From: Hydrolagus colliei
Lineage: Eukaryota
Assembly (NCBI GenBank): GCA_035084275.1
Contig: CM068769.1
Location: 1,364,229-1,428,000, forward strand
Direction: 5' to 3'
Length of the DNA: 63,772 nt
Positions 24,333 to 38,049 of this stretch are shown piece after piece; within the stretch, counting starts at the first letter, position 1; every line of letters begins with the position of its first letter. The position numbers were made by a program, and so were the translations under genes. The notes below the pieces were generated by a model that saw only the letters and a list, made by a program, of their open reading frames with translations, searched no databases and was not told the DNA's origin.

Positions 24333-25829
24333 TCTCAATCCTCGTCGATTCATGTTAGAATCTCCGGGTGAAATACAAGTAGACACCAGCTAACTGCTGA
24401 TAAACGTTCATGAATATTTGTATAGTGCCGCTAACGGTGTAGGTTATAAATATATTCTCGGTGACGCCTACACTGAATTCGCATTCCCTGTAGGTTCCTG
24501 GTGTGACACTCATTATCCAATCGACTGCCAGCAGCGTTCGTTCAGCCAACAAGATAGTTCCAGCATATTTCAATATAGTCTTTCAAGCCCTTTGTATCAT
24601 CTGAGTGACGTAATCTTGTGCTACTTCTAATGCAACCAAATGTAGCTATTACTGTTATTCATATTATTATAGGTTACAATGAGTTATTTAGATTTACAAA
24701 TAGCTTGCATACATCATTATCAACTAAATTCGTGTACGATTCTCACAGATCCACACAGGTTTTTCTCTCGAGGGTAGAGATTGTGTGTTTGACAATATCA
24801 GTCAACTCGTTTAAAACAATGTTCACTCAATCATCTGTGAAGTAAGCAATCAATTGAGCTGATTGAATGTCTGTCCAATCAACAGGGAAACACTTGATCT
24901 TACTCGAGCAGAGACATGGCATCACCATCGACAATTGTTACAAACCGACTCGACCTCTGATTGATGGTTCAACAGGAGGACAGCTTCTCTGACATTCTAG
25001 ACACCCCCCAGGCCTGCAGTGGAGTTTAAACCCAGTGCATCATTCCAGAATCAAGTATATCATTCACAGTGCGCAGGTACGCCGCTTTAGAATGCAGTCA
25101 GTGATAGACGAACTAAAATTTACTTTGATGATTATATCTGCGAGCAACAATAATAATAAATGTTCCTTGCATTTTATAAAGTGAAGAGCTTTTAGACGTG
25201 TAGAAGATTTGAAAATGTACTACATCATATAGGTGGATTACTATTGTTTTATGCATGCAATTATGTTATTGTTGAATCCTTGAACTGCGCAGCCCAGTCT
25301 AAAGCAGTAAATATTTACTTTGTATACTAAAGGCTTCACTATCTTTTTCAAAAGCGAAATCTGCAACATCCAAGACAGTTATCGTTACCAGTGTTATCAC
25401 CAGAGCTGTACCGTTCCTTCGTTGGAATTGCATCCAAGGACATAAGCTGCTATCTATGATTTCTAAAATTAGATAAAGTAAGACAGTTTTAAACGCTTTC
25501 CAGAATTAAAACAATAAAAAAAACTGATTTTTGTTATCGATACCTAACACCTTGATCGAACCAATATGATCTAATGAAGGGCAGATGCTTCTTTGCGCGA
25601 AGCACAACAATATAGAAACAATCATAGAAAAATTGCTCCTTGGTCAATCACATGCGTTAATCGGGCTTTAGACAAACTTTTGTACATTTCAACTGAGCCA
25701 GCGACAGTGCAAAGGGGGGAAACTGTCAACTGTAACAGGAAGCACCTGCTGTGGCTGCCAAGTAAGTTGTTACAGAAAGCAACGTGGGAAGTTATGTCAG
25801 TTGCTCCTGATGTTATAGGTGTACTTAGA

Positions 25830-25843
25830 GCGCCATCTGTTGG
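25830..25843 (-). promoter_or_regulatory. CTCF-like motif
   Basis: Minus strand CCAACAGATGGCGC. Confidence 0.6.
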
Positions 25844-26293
25844 TAGGTTGCAAATATAACAAGTGTCCAAATGATTCCCAATTGTTTTCGACCCACCCTA
25901 TCTTACCTGTTCATATTCTATCCGTTGCATATTTACAACTCATTCTCATTTCCCTGCTCGTTTCTCATACTACCTATGATTAACTGGGATATTCGACTCG
26001 AACTTCACCTCTTATTGCGACGTGTCTCTGCTTATACGTGTTTCCGCTCTTTATTTTTGTTCCTTGCACTTAATTTCTACTTGTTATTGTTGCATTTCCT
26101 AACATGTTCATTCAGCAGTTATATTACAACACCACAAGTATTGCAACAATTTAGATTTGTATTACAGTGACATAGCGCATCGTGTTATGATGCCTCGGTG
26201 TGGTATATTAACCTGGATGTAAATTGACTCTGTTATAATTTTTGCTCACGCAGTGACTCCCCCTGGCGTTTTACCAACAAAACAACCAGTTGA

Positions 26294-26635
26294 AGTTTTT
26301 GTATGGAGCCGCCATAGCCTAGCAGCAGTGTGGGTTCCTTGGCAGAGTAATACACGGCACTGTCGCTGACCAGGGCGCTGCCAATGCTCAGTTCAAAAAC
26401 TTGGCTCGTTTTATCGACGTTGGAGGAAAATCTAGCTGGGAATTCAGTGCTCCTGTGATCCTTCACTTCGGTAGGGCGAAGAATATAGACGGCAGCGTTG
26501 CTGGAAGACTGTCTGTACCAGCAGAGATAGCAGTTGTCACTGATTGTCTTTAAGGTGCAGGATAACTTCACATCCTCTCCTTCTTCAACCGATCTCTCAG
26601 AAATCGATTGTTTTCCGGTGTCTTGTTACTGTTAC
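26294..26635 (-). pseudogene. TCR V pseudogene
   Basis: Acceptor at 26636; frameshift near the exon start; VKLSC...CWYRQ...DSAVYYSAKEP (Cys104 to Ser); RSS CACACTG-23-ACAAAAACT. Confidence 0.85.
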
Positions 26636-27112
26636 CTGTGATCAAAATGCCTGCTAATAATCCGTCCAAAACATCCCACAACACAATAATAAGATTGTTC
26701 GTTTCAATCCACGACTGTTTGTGGGACACTGCTGAGCACAATTTTCTGCCTCGTTTCACACACAAATGTATAGTCAATCCACTTTACTATGTACTCTGTC
26801 TAGTGCATTGAGAAGTCTAGAGGACGTAAAAAGCGCTATATCAAATGGAAGGATTATTATTGTTTACTTATTATTTATAAAATGACCATATTTGTAGAAA
26901 AGCAAATTCGTGTCAAGCGAAATTGTGTCGAGTATTGATCAGATGACTTGTATTGTAAGTCAGAGGACCGATGTGACAGTATATTGGTATCTTGAGTTTT
27001 CTGACATTTGCTATAAGGCGCTAGAACAAACTCTAGGCTGAATGATATCGTAATTTTGTTCAAAGAAATCAAAAAGTGGTTAAAAGAGGCAGTTAATTAA
27101 AAAAAGCATTAC

Positions 27113-27165
27113 TTAGGGCCATGTAAGCTAAGAGTTACTGAGAGCACAGTACACGTCCACCACAT
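27113..27165 (-). pseudogene. Probable leader exon of the V at 26333, with aberrant splice donor
   Basis: MWWTCTVLSVTLSLH is signal-peptide-like; no GT at the phase-1 position. Confidence 0.5.
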
Positions 27166-27254
27166 GGGCACTGTGATCCAGTGACTGACATTCACTCTCC
27201 AACTTGTGGCTGTTTATTGAGAATGTTGAAGAAATGTGGAGACACACAGTGACT

Positions 27255-27470
27255 ATACCGCCCAGATACAGAGCCCCGCCTACACCGTTATAGCGCCGCC
27301 CACACGGAACCCCACCCACACAGCCACAACCCCGCCCACACAGCCTCAGCCCTGCCCACACATTGGCTCGCCTGAAACTCAAAACCCCGCCCAAAACGCC
27401 ACAGCTCCCGCCCACACCGCCAAAGTCCCGCCCACTCAGTGACAGGTTCACAGAGTGACCCGCCCTTATT
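27255..27470 (-). promoter_or_regulatory. GC-box cluster with CCAAT box
   Basis: Seven perfect CCGCCC hexamers and ATTGG (27362-27366), about 90-300 bp upstream of the putative leader ATG. Confidence 0.55.
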
Positions 27471-28443
27471 CACTGCCAGCACACATTGCCACCAATACCC
27501 AGTCACTGCCCTGACCACATAGAGGCAATTCACCCTATCACTTCCACGCTTACTAATTAATTGCCCTGCACACACAGAATGCTACCTACGCAGATACTAT
27601 CCCGACCAAATGATGTCCTTGAGAGAGTCAAGTAACAGAGTCCCTCCCTGTCCACACAGAGCACGACCATACGGAACCCCAATCACCCAGACATACACAG
27701 CTACGTCTACAGATGGTAGAAGGCAGTAGCTGATCTGACGTGTGGAATAGATTAATGTCGACATATTTAGGGAAAGTTGAACTAGGGGATTTTGAACTTC
27801 AAGTGCCTTGGTTTGACGACTGTCAATTCGGGAACAGTGGGAGGACAGACTCGTGTTTCTCCCACAAACAATTTGTTGTTCAATGTGCTCTGTGAAGCGA
27901 AACCAGAATTTATCTCTGAAGAATATAAATATGATTTGTCGTTTGTGTTTATGGTTTCCTACTTCGTGAATAACCACATAACAAAGAACTCTACGTGCCA
28001 GTATTCCCCAGACAACAGTCTATGCATTAATCTTTGTTACAATAATAGTATAAGCATTTAAATATGTTTTTTTATAAGCCTTGCCTTTGGTGAAGCGCCT
28101 TATCACGTTTCCAACACATCCCAACGCCCTGTATGGAAACTACTGTAAGTTAATACGCTACATATTATATGGGCGAAACACGGCTGCCAGTTGCAAACGT
28201 TACAGTTTTATTAGCTTAAGTGACAATGTCAACCAATTATGATTATTACTGAAAGGATAATTATCGTTGAAAATATATCTTTCATGGTAATAAATGAGAT
28301 CCTATTTACTTGTGGTATAACATGTAAACGAATAAACGTTTTGCTGTGCCATGACTCAACCCAGGTGCTCTAACTGCAGGCCTAAATATGTGTGTGTGTG
28401 TGTTTGTGGGGGGGGGGGGGGGGGTGTTATGGCAGGATCAGTA

Positions 28444-28764
28444 ATCTGTGGGGCCCAGTGCACAGTAATATGCAGCGGAGTTTGGAAATCTCACTTTGGA
28501 TGTTGTTTATGGCTCATTTCCCCATTGTATCGACTTTTCTTGAGAACCATTCGTTAGCAAATTCTGCAAGGTCCGGTTTGCTGCTCCTGGAGAGAATGCT
28601 AAGGATATACCCTATAGCTTTGTTGGGATAGTGACGGTACCAGAACAGATACAGTGTGCATGTGCAGCAGCTTCCAACTGTATAATTACACTGCAGATAC
28701 ACATCCTCCCATTCATTCACTGTCACAGTTGACTGGAGTGTCATAGTGCCTCCAAAATGTTTTC
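28444..28764 (-). pseudogene. TCR V family A pseudogene
   Basis: YLQCNY...LFWYRHYPNK; TGA and a deletion in FR3; AYYCALGP; heptamer CACAGAT with the nonamer lost into a poly-C/(CA)n tract. Confidence 0.85.
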
Positions 28765-29467
28765 CTGGAAAACAGACACACAGCAGGGTTCAGTAGAATA
28801 ATAGCAACAATGATAATACAATACAGCAGCATCTCGCGTCTTGTAGACGAATTAAGTTGTATCATACACTGCATAATGTAAATCGAATAGCGCACAAATG
28901 TTTCCCACAATCGGTCGTGCAATGATTGTCCAAATTGTTATTAGTATCTGAAATTTGTAGGTATAACTACTCCCACGAAGCAATTCATCAAAACGCCATC
29001 TATTGCATTCCGAATTCGTTATATGTAAAAACCATGACTAGTGCGGAGAAAATAATCGTTGAAAATGTTTCGACCTGTTCAGTTGTGTGTTGCAATTTGT
29101 CATGTCAACAATGTTCAGTTCTAAACAGCCATGTCCCACAAACAGTCCTGAATTTATCGATCAAACTACTATCATTTAAAAATTATTCTTAGAAAACGAT
29201 TCGTTAATTGAAGAACAATAACAACAATAACATTAGTATCGCGCCTTTTCACTCCAGGAGAACATCCCAAGGGGCTCATAACAACAAGTGGTTTCCTGCG
29301 TATGGTTTACACACAGCGACTTGAGGTGATAGAATGCGTGTTCGAATTTTCTCCCCCGTTCCAGGGAATTGAACCCTGGCTCTCGCGCTTGAGAGGGGAT
29401 CATTCTAAACTCTATCCATCTGATAGTATATAATGTGCGCATCATGCATTGGTCATGTCCAAACATA

Positions 29468-29517
29468 CTTATTGGTTATAGTGAGAATTGCTATCAGTAA
29501 TAGGCAGTGGGCTCCCA
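29468..29517 (-). pseudogene. Leader-like exon
   Basis: MGAHCLLLIAILTITN followed by GTATGT; phase 2, not matching the phase-1 acceptor of the V at 28451. Confidence 0.4.
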
Positions 29518-31949
29518 TGCTGGCTGCTGAGGTGTGGACAGATAATTGAGTCTCTTGATTTATAAGTGTCTGCTTTGCTGCTTCAGTTGAATGTTGTGAG
29601 GCAGCGGCGGGTCTGACCTGTGCAATGGGCTATTGTCTACATGTGTAGGCGTTGCCCACTAACCAGTGGATCTAGAACTTGTTCTACCGCAACTTGGGAC
29701 GTCCTCTCCACCTGGATCTTTTGTTTTTCAGTGATTTGAGCACTCGCTTTACAGGCGTGAGACTTGATTTCGAATCCAGGCACATCAGGGCGAAACCTTC
29801 GGCAAGTTTCCTTAAACCAGACACACGCCTAATAATAATCAAAACGCACAATAATAAGACTGGTCTTTTCAATCCATGACTGTTTGTGGGTACGCTGCTG
29901 TGTGCAATTGCCTGCCGCGTTTTGCTCGCAAATACACAATCAATTCGCTTGACAGTATATTCTGTGAAACGTTTTGAGACGTCAAGTAAATGTGAAAATC
30001 GCTAAATGAAATGCAAGTATTAATACTTCATATATTTAATGTTGTTTTTTTGTTGCTGTAACGGTAATTGGCAGCTGGTGTATCTGGGAAAATAATGAAA
30101 TGTAGACTAGCAATAAGCCCACAAAGAAACAGATATAGGTGAACGCAACTCACAAGTGAGCCGACTTGGGTTTGATTTCCAGACAGGGCGATACTTGGGC
30201 AAATGTTCTTAATCTATACACGCAGCTACATGTGGTGAATAATGAGTCGGATCCTGTAACTCTGTCTATTGGTGGATCCCGTTGCTGCCATAATCAATCC
30301 TTCTCATATAAATAATAATAATAATAACGATTTGTTCCTTTCGTCTCCAGCTGTTTTGGGAAAATGTTCTGGGCAATTCACTGCCACGTTGCACAAACGA
30401 AATATACAATCATTATTTTATACAGTAGATCGTCTGTGGTACTTTTATGGGAAAGGTGATGAAACACTATATCGAAATAAAAAACAACAATTCTTATAAC
30501 TCGCACAACAGTATATTCCGTGAAGTACTTTGAGGCATCTTGAAGATTCGAAATCGGACTGCATGAATTATATGGATTGCTTTTGTTGTTGTGAATGCAT
30601 TCATTTGTGTGATGAATGCTTTAATTGTGCAGCCTAGTCTAGTGCAGTAAACATTTACTTTGTGCCTTCAGGGGTTTACTATCTTTTTCAAAAGTGAAAG
30701 TTGCGACAGCAAAGGCAGTTACTGTTGCTAGTATTATTAACAATGTCGTTCGTTCTTTTGTTGGCAATGTATCCACGGGAAGAAGCTGTTAACTATGTCT
30801 TCTAAAATGAGATAACGTAGGCCAGTATTAAAAGTTCTCCCAAAATTATACCAGCAAAAAAACTATTATAGAAATCTAACACTTTGATCAAAGCACTAAG
30901 ATCCATGGAAGGGCGGATGCTTGCTTGTGAGAATTACAACAATAAACAAACCGTGATAGAAAAATTGCTCCTTAGTTAACGGAAGCTTTGTGTTATTCAG
31001 GATTGAGACAAACTTTCTACATGACCGCTGAGCCAGCGATAGTGTATAGCAGGGAAACATTGTCAGCTGTAACAGGAAGCACCTTCTGTGGCTGCCAAGT
31101 CAGTTGTTACAGAAAGCAACGTGGGAAGTTATGTCAGTGGCTGCTGATCTTATAGGTGTGTTTAGAGCGATAAGTGTTGGTTGATTGCAGCTATAACACG
31201 TGTACTGCAGAGACAAATGATTGCAAATTAATGTCGATTGAATCTTTCCTGTTCCTATCCTAATCGTTGAATATTTACGCATTATTCTCATTTCCCTGTT
31301 CGTTTCTCATAATGCCTGTGCTTCACTGGGAAATTCGACTCCAACCTCATTGCGACTTGTCTCTCCGTATACTTGTCATCCCCAATTTAACTTTATTCCT
31401 TGTACTGTTCTTGTACTTGGTAAAGTTACATTTCGTTTCATTGACATTAAGAATTTACATTATAGGTGCATAAGATTTTCATCGATGTACATTTATATTA
31501 CATTGATACAGCGCTAATCACAGTGATGTCTCAAGGTGCTGTATTGCCTTGAACAAAATTGACAAATAACCTGGATAAATGTTACCTCTCTTCTCACTCC
31601 ATGGACCAACATTTATGGTGGTTGAAAGTGTGGTTTGCTTCGAAGCGATGATTTAGTTTGTTCTACCTGCACTACCAGAAATGGGATCAGCTGTAGTTTC
31701 GGTCGGATACGTCGGTGTTCTAACTACTGAGCTACAGGAGCTTACTATATTCACAAAAGTAGCGGGTTCACGCTTATAGCAAGTTAATCAGAGATGTGCG
31801 GAGAAAGGAAACTTGCATAACCAGCACACTTGTAATTACATAGCGCCTTCTACGCAGCTTAGAGACTTTCTCCTTCAATCAGAATCGAACCCAGGTCCTG
31901 CCGCTGTCGAGTTGATTGCTCTAACCAATATGGCACATAACGCCACAAG

Positions 31950-32282
31950 GGTTTTTGTACGGGTGTCTCGGGGATGCCTTCGCTGTGGGCCTCAGTGCAC
32001 AAACATAGGCAGCGGTGTCGCTGAGCTGGAGGTTGTCGATCTTGAGCTGGAAATGTTTCTTAGAGGAATCCATCAGGGCAGAGAAGCGTTCCTGACTGAT
32101 ATGCTTCCCGTAGGAATGCCTTCGGATGAGGAAAGCGGGCCCTTCACTGCGGCGCAGGCTGTACAGCAGCACTGATATGCTGTCGGTAGTCGTGGAGACA
32201 TTAGAGCTGATAGTCAGTGAGGCGCCTTCGAAACGCCAGGCTGCTTTCGGGCTCTGCCTCACCGAATCTCCATCGCTGATTC
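31950..32282 (-). pseudogene. TCR V segment, open frame but Cys23 to Ser and Trp41 to Leu
   Basis: GISDGDSVRQSP...LTISSN...VLLYS...DTAAYVCALRP; RSS CACAGCG-22-ACAAAAACC; leader not confidently found. Confidence 0.8.
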
Positions 32283-32375
32283 CTACAGGACACAATTGTG
32301 TAATTAAGTGATGAAACTATCAATAATATGTTAGAAAACAAACGCTATTGTGTGCCACATTTCATAGAGCATATG

Positions 32376-32710
32376 TAGCTCCTGTAGCTCAGAGGTTGGA
32401 GCACTCGCCTTACAAACGTGTGTCCTTTGCTCATATGCATGCAGATCAGGAAGATACTTTGTGCGAGTTTCCTTCGTCCACATGCGCGACTAATAATAAT
32501 CCCTCCGAAAAAACACAATATTGTGCTAAAAACTGGTCATTTTCAACGCACGACTGTTTGTGGCAACTTTGCTGTGTGCAATTGGCTGCCGCGTTTCACC
32601 CACAACTATACAGTCAGTTCACTTTAATGTTTAATCTGTGTAGCGCTTCGAGATGTCGATAAGACGTGAAAAGCGCTACATCGAATCAACGGTTATAATT
32701 ACAGTATAAT
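32376..32710 (+). mobile_element. tRNA-derived SINE
   Basis: gtagctcagaggttggagcactcgcc head, body and aagcgct tail. Confidence 0.7.
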
Positions 32711-33830
32711 ATGACACAATTTGAGACGCTTTTAGAATGTATTCACCTACGCGGATATTTTGTTCTACAAGATGAATGTCTGTAAGAATTTGTCAGTCAT
32801 TTGAAAATTAAATTGCATCGTCCTTGAAATGAAAACTTGTAATAATAATCATCCTTAAATCTTGTATAGTGCTTTGCACGTTTTCTAGACGTTAATATGC
32901 GCTTCACATAATATACTTTAAAGTGAATTAATTGCAGATTTGTGGGTGAAACGTGACAGCGAATTCTGCACAGCAATGTAAAAGTAAACAGGGTTAATGG
33001 AGACTCTGTTTAGAGATGACCCGTGGTACTAGCATTGACTGGATGGCTGTCGGTAATGATATCTAGATTAACTAACCATGTAGTGAGAATGCGATGGCTG
33101 CGGAGAGCAAATATCCCAACTGCATTGCTTTCAGACACCACAAACAGCGTTTATATCTCTGCTGCTCTTGACACCGTGTGACACTGAGGCCATAGATATA
33201 GCTGAGAGTCCATTGTGATGTTATCTCTTATCTGTGCGTCACTATCTCGTACCTCGAGCTGCTGTGGGCGTGTAGGACTGCACCAACCAGATTGAGGCTT
33301 ACACGTGTACATTTGATCCTGAGTATACACACCCATAGATTACACAGTCAATTCACTTAACAGTAAAGTCATTGAGAAATATTAATGGTAATGCGATTGA
33401 TCAGATGGAAGCATCAATATAATAACGACTTCTTTCCTCAGCAAACGCTCTCGTTTTCAGTCTTCATTACAAACTTGAAAATGTATTTGATCTTATACTT
33501 GTTGTAATACCAATGTATCCGACCCACCTTTATGGTTCAACAATACATATAAAAGTTGCATACATACAAGCAACTTTGTTTACAAACCTCAGTGTTTCTT
33601 TGAATTCAGTCAGTAATTAATACGAAACTTATTTTGATGGAATTTTATCTACTATAGATGAATTAATTCACCAGTTACCGAAAAGCGGGTTGCTACAGAC
33701 TCCTGTCTAAATAGAGGTATACACATACAAATGAAACTTGTCCAAATTGTCAAGCAGCACGTAGTCGAACACAGGTACTATCGCTTCCGAAGCGACTGCT
33801 CTCACTTCTGAGCTAGCGGACACGGCATGA

Positions 33831-34820
33831 TAGTTTTGTAGGGCGGAATCGCTGGGCTGTGACTCTGTGGGGCTCAGTGCACAGTAGTTCACCGCCGAGT
33901 CTGTGACTCTCACTTGGGATATATTTAATAGGACGGTTCTCGCCGCTTTATCCACTGTTGTTGAGCAACACTCTTCTGTAAAGTCTGTGTATTTCTGCTT
34001 GTAGCTGGTTGATGTGCTGATCGTGTATTCTGGTGGTTTGGCGGGGTATTGTCGATACCAAAATATGGATCGTCGCTGATTGTCGCTGTATAATTGCACT
34101 GCAGATACACACTCTCCACTTCATTCAGTGTCACAGTCGCTGGGAGCTGTGTCACCGAGTCTCCTCCACAATGCCCTGGACAACACAAACACATCAACGT
34201 TTAATGCAATAATAACATAAACATACTTTTGTTTGATACAGCATCGTATACAGTGATCGAGCCATCTCCAAGCGTTTCACTGACTATATATTGACTCAAT
34301 TTGTGGGGGAAAGTGGCAGGCAGTTGAGTGCATCTTTCCAGTACAAACGGTCATGGAATAATAATGATAAACCTTGCATTTAATATAGCGCTTTTCACGT
34401 CTTTGAGTCGTCTCAAAGCGTTTCCCAGTGTATACTGTGAAGCGAGTTGACTATATTTTCATCAGTACCTGCATTTTGCAAGAGATCAATAGCGTAGTAA
34501 AGCGATCTGCCAATCGACTAAAATATCGGGTACCTACTCACTGCTAGGTAAGCAGATATATATGGGTGTCTGTGGAAAATATATACTTGTAGTTTCGCCC
34601 AGTCTCACCGGGAATCGAACTCAGATCCTTCAGCATGCGAGGCGAGTGTTCTAACCACTAGCTGTGGGACACCACGTATCCACAAGTGGTATAGTATGTT
34701 GGTTATTCCATGCAATAAAACTTTGGCTTTGAAGAACATGTAAAGGAATTGCATCCATATGGAGTAGGTATTTGGCTTACCTGCGAAGGTAATGATGGCG
34801 GCTGCCACATATATGTACAT
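33831..34820 (-). pseudogene. TCR V family A pseudogene
   Basis: Leader 34781-34820 (MYIYVAAAIITFA, G|GTAAGC). V exon 33870-34175 has a frameshift just before WYRQ. RSS CACAGAG-23-ACAAAACTA. Confidence 0.88.
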
Positions 34821-35934
34821 CGTTATCTGTGATAATGGCACACTGTGTTGAGGGAGCGCTGGTGGTTTAGTGGGAGATTGTTGGCTGGGAAGCAGTAAGA
34901 TACCGTGAGGAGGACTGAACAGGCAATGGCAAAAACAGGTTGCCATAAACTGTGAGTGAGCTGTTCTGATGTTTATGTACAATCTTTGTGTCTCTGTCAC
35001 TGGGCGTCATCTTCTCTGCTCTGCCATCTCGCTCCTCCATTGGTTCTCCTCCAATACTGACATGCCTTTGATCAACTGGATGGAAGACACCTGCAGCAAG
35101 ATAGATCGAAAGATGCATTACGTGTCGTCCAAACACATACATGAGTTCCACAAATCTATACAATCTGTGGACTCGTGTAGTTTACTGGTATCAACACTCG
35201 CCTTACAAGCACACTGCGTGCGTTTGAAGCCCGCCAGAGCGACACTTTGGTCTAGTTTACTTACTCCACACACCGACCTAGGTTTACCGAGAGTAAATAG
35301 GATTACGTTTGATAATCAATAAAAGAGCAACTTTCCAGGGAAACAATCTCTGCTAGCATAGGGAACTCGATCGGCGTCTGTTTATAGGACAATGCTCTGC
35401 CGAACTGAATGCCTCGTTTCGCCTGCGAAACGAAAAGTAACTACATTTTACATTGTACACTATGAAATTATTTACATCTTTATATATACATATATATATA
35501 CATCTATATATATAATATATATATACATAATCTATATGTATATTACAAAATAGGTAGGAGGAGGTGCTCAGAGGAACTCCCACAGTGTGTGTGTATGGGG
35601 TTAGATAGTTCCTCTATTTGTGTTGATCCCGGTCCTCACATCAAAAGCACTCAAGAATCTCGCACCACCCTACATTCGTGACTTCCTATCTCTCCTTTCT
35701 CTTTACCAACCTGCCCGCACCCTTCTTTCGGCTGGATCTGACCTGCTCTACCAGTGGCGGGCGAAACTTCAACCACTCTGCCCCCAACCTCTGGAAATCC
35801 ATCCCGAATTCATTTCGCTACAGTTTGTACTGAGAAGTGAATTGACTGTATGCGCCACTGTATAAATGTGGCAAGCCACTTCCTCTACTTTGCAACCATA
35901 GTACTCTACCCATTGAACTGCAGTCACCTTAGCA

Positions 35935-36413
35935 TGTTTTTGTACAGGTCCTTCGTAAACACACATTACTGTGCTCTCCGCACGGAAGTAAGTGGCGGAG
36001 TCAGACACTCGCAATTCTCGAATCGATAAGGTGCTGTTTTTTCCAACAGTCAAAGCATTTATCCTCTGCTTCTCCTTCATTTCTCTCGATCCCAACAACA
36101 ATTAAGTGATGGAGCCGTTTCCATGCTGTTTGTACCATTGAAACCTTGGGCTGGACACTGTGGTGCTTCACACCATAATTACATTCCCATTTTCATTCTC
36201 TGTCAGAGCCTGGGGTCGCTGTGACACTTCGCTTTCAGCCAAGACACCTGGGGACATAGAACATTCTTGGATATTATTTCATAAAATGTCTGCAATAAAA
36301 ATTTTAATTATGTACCAGGAAAACCAGGATGTGTCCAATCTGATACTCTACTTACACAAGATTGTTGCGATTAAATAAAAAATAATATATGGTGCATTAA
36401 AATCCTGCTTCAT
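35935..36413 (-). pseudogene. TCR V family B pseudogene
   Basis: Leader 36356-36413 intact (MKQDFNAPYIIFYLIATIL). V exon 35974-36247 has Cys23 to TGA, an internal TAA, and Cys104 to Arg. RSS CACAGTA-23-ACAAAAACA. Confidence 0.88.
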
Positions 36414-37351
36414 TCTCACGTCTTTTCTATTCGCGTTAAAATGTCTTATTGATGTACAGCGGGAAATCAGCTACAGGCTGATAAATGTTTGCATTTTTTG
36501 TGGAACACAGTGAGCCACGCAGATTAAAAGTAGATTCTTGGTGACAACTTCACACACTTCTCACTTCCTGTATGTTTGCTTCTGCAGAATTCATTCGCCA
36601 ATTGGCTAGCCACTTGCTGCTGTTTAGCGGAGGTTTGCATGTGTGTGAAGTTAGGAAACATGAGTTATGTTTCTCCCAGCCTAATTGCTTCCCAATCAGG
36701 CGATATTTTGGGCAAATATACTTAATCCATACACACACACCTCTGTTTAGTTTCGAATAAGGAGGAAACCGCAGCTTAGTCCATTGGCGGTTCACTTTGC
36801 TGGGGATAATATTCCCCATCTCCAAAATGATCTACATCAAAGGCAAGCAACACTAAATTAATCATTATTATTGATAGTATAAGTACTACCATGATTGCTA
36901 ATATCGCTGTCCAGTCATCTATGTAATTAAATGTACGCCTTGACGCGTGTAAACAATATAATTCTTCTGCAACTAAGTTTAATTAATTGTTGTCAGTTTT
37001 ATCGTGTTCCGAATCCACACTAAAACAAACTACCTTACTGTAGTTAGCAACATCTAATGCAATTGTTAACACAGTGAGATCCGCTAGAATGCGCATGCTT
37101 ATGTTGGATAAAGACAATAACATGAATATATAACATCCCCATTACTTTTCGAGCAAACTGTGTCTTACGATTGTCATGGTTACGGTTTCGACAATCCTTT
37201 GAACATTTCAGCAGAAGCAGCAATATTACGTAGGATTTAACCAATGTGGACTGCACCAGGAAGCACCTTTTATAACTGTCAAGGTAGATTGACACAGAAT
37301 GGAACGTGGCAAGCTGCGTCAATTGTAGATGTTGTTATATATGTGTTTTGT

Positions 37352-37365
37352 CTGCCATCTGCTGG
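37352..37365 (-). promoter_or_regulatory. CTCF motif (consensus match)
   Basis: Minus strand CCAGCAGATGGCAG fits CCASYAGRKGGCRS. Confidence 0.7.
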
Positions 37366-37565
37366 TGGACAGTAGCTACTGCACGAAAATAATTTAAAAG
37401 CAAGTGTTTTTTTTGGGCCCTACATAACGTTCCTGGTCCTATTGTCTCCAAATTGATAGCTTAGTCCCATTTACTTGCTTTTTCCTCGTAGTGTCTGTGC
37501 TTCAATGGGACACTCGAATTCATTCTCATTCACAGTCTCTAACTGTGACATATCCCTGATCATTG

Positions 37566-37915
37566 TCATAGAATCATAGAATCATAGAATTTTACGGCAC
37601 AAAAGGAGGCCATTCGGCCCATCTAGTCTGTGCCGGCTCTTTGAAAAGAGCGATTCAATCCCATTGCCCTGCCCGCTCCCCATAGCCTAATAGACCCGTT
37701 CTTCCTAAATAAAGATCTAATTCCCTTTTAAAAGTTGTTATCGAATCAGCCTCCACCACCTTTTCAGGCAATGCATTCCAGATTCGAACAACTCGCTGAG
37801 TGAAAAAAATTCTCCTCAGCTCCCCTCTACTGCGCCTTGAAACTATTTTAAATCTGTGACCACGAGTCACAGATTCACCCACGAGTGGAAATAGTTTTTC
37901 TCTATTTGCCCTCCA
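37566..37915 (-). mobile_element. CR1 3' fragment
   Basis: Very similar to the 3' end of the CR1 at 40509; (ATTCTATG)n tail. Confidence 0.85.
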
Positions 37916-38049
37916 CTTGTTTCTCCACTTTAATTCTATTCCTTGCTCTGATCCTGTAAACGTTGATTATATCACCTTGAGCTGGCATTCACCGTTTACA
38001 TGACAGCAACACATTAGTTACATGTGTGTGGCACTATTCATTTCGCGAT

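Noticed and set aside
24758-24785. 12-RSS-like CACAATC-12-AGAAAAACC on the minus strand
   Set aside because: No partner RSS or D/J coding segment; a similar string with a 7-nt spacer sits upstream of the 17-kb leader, so it is probably incidental or promoter sequence.
25593-25859. Plus-strand ORF with V-like TEPATVQRGETVNC
   Set aside because: Frame not preserved in the duplicate at about 31 kb; no Trp41, Cys104 or RSS.
28713-28922. Hydrophobic MLLYCIIIVAIILL read-through suggesting an intronless leader
   Set aside because: Out of frame with the V exon; the equivalent sequence in paralogs contains stops and is the T-rich 3' end of the intron.
33303-33336. MGVYTQDQMYT|GTAAGC as leader for the V at 31988
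   Set aside because: Correct phase but not hydrophobic; assignment unsupported.
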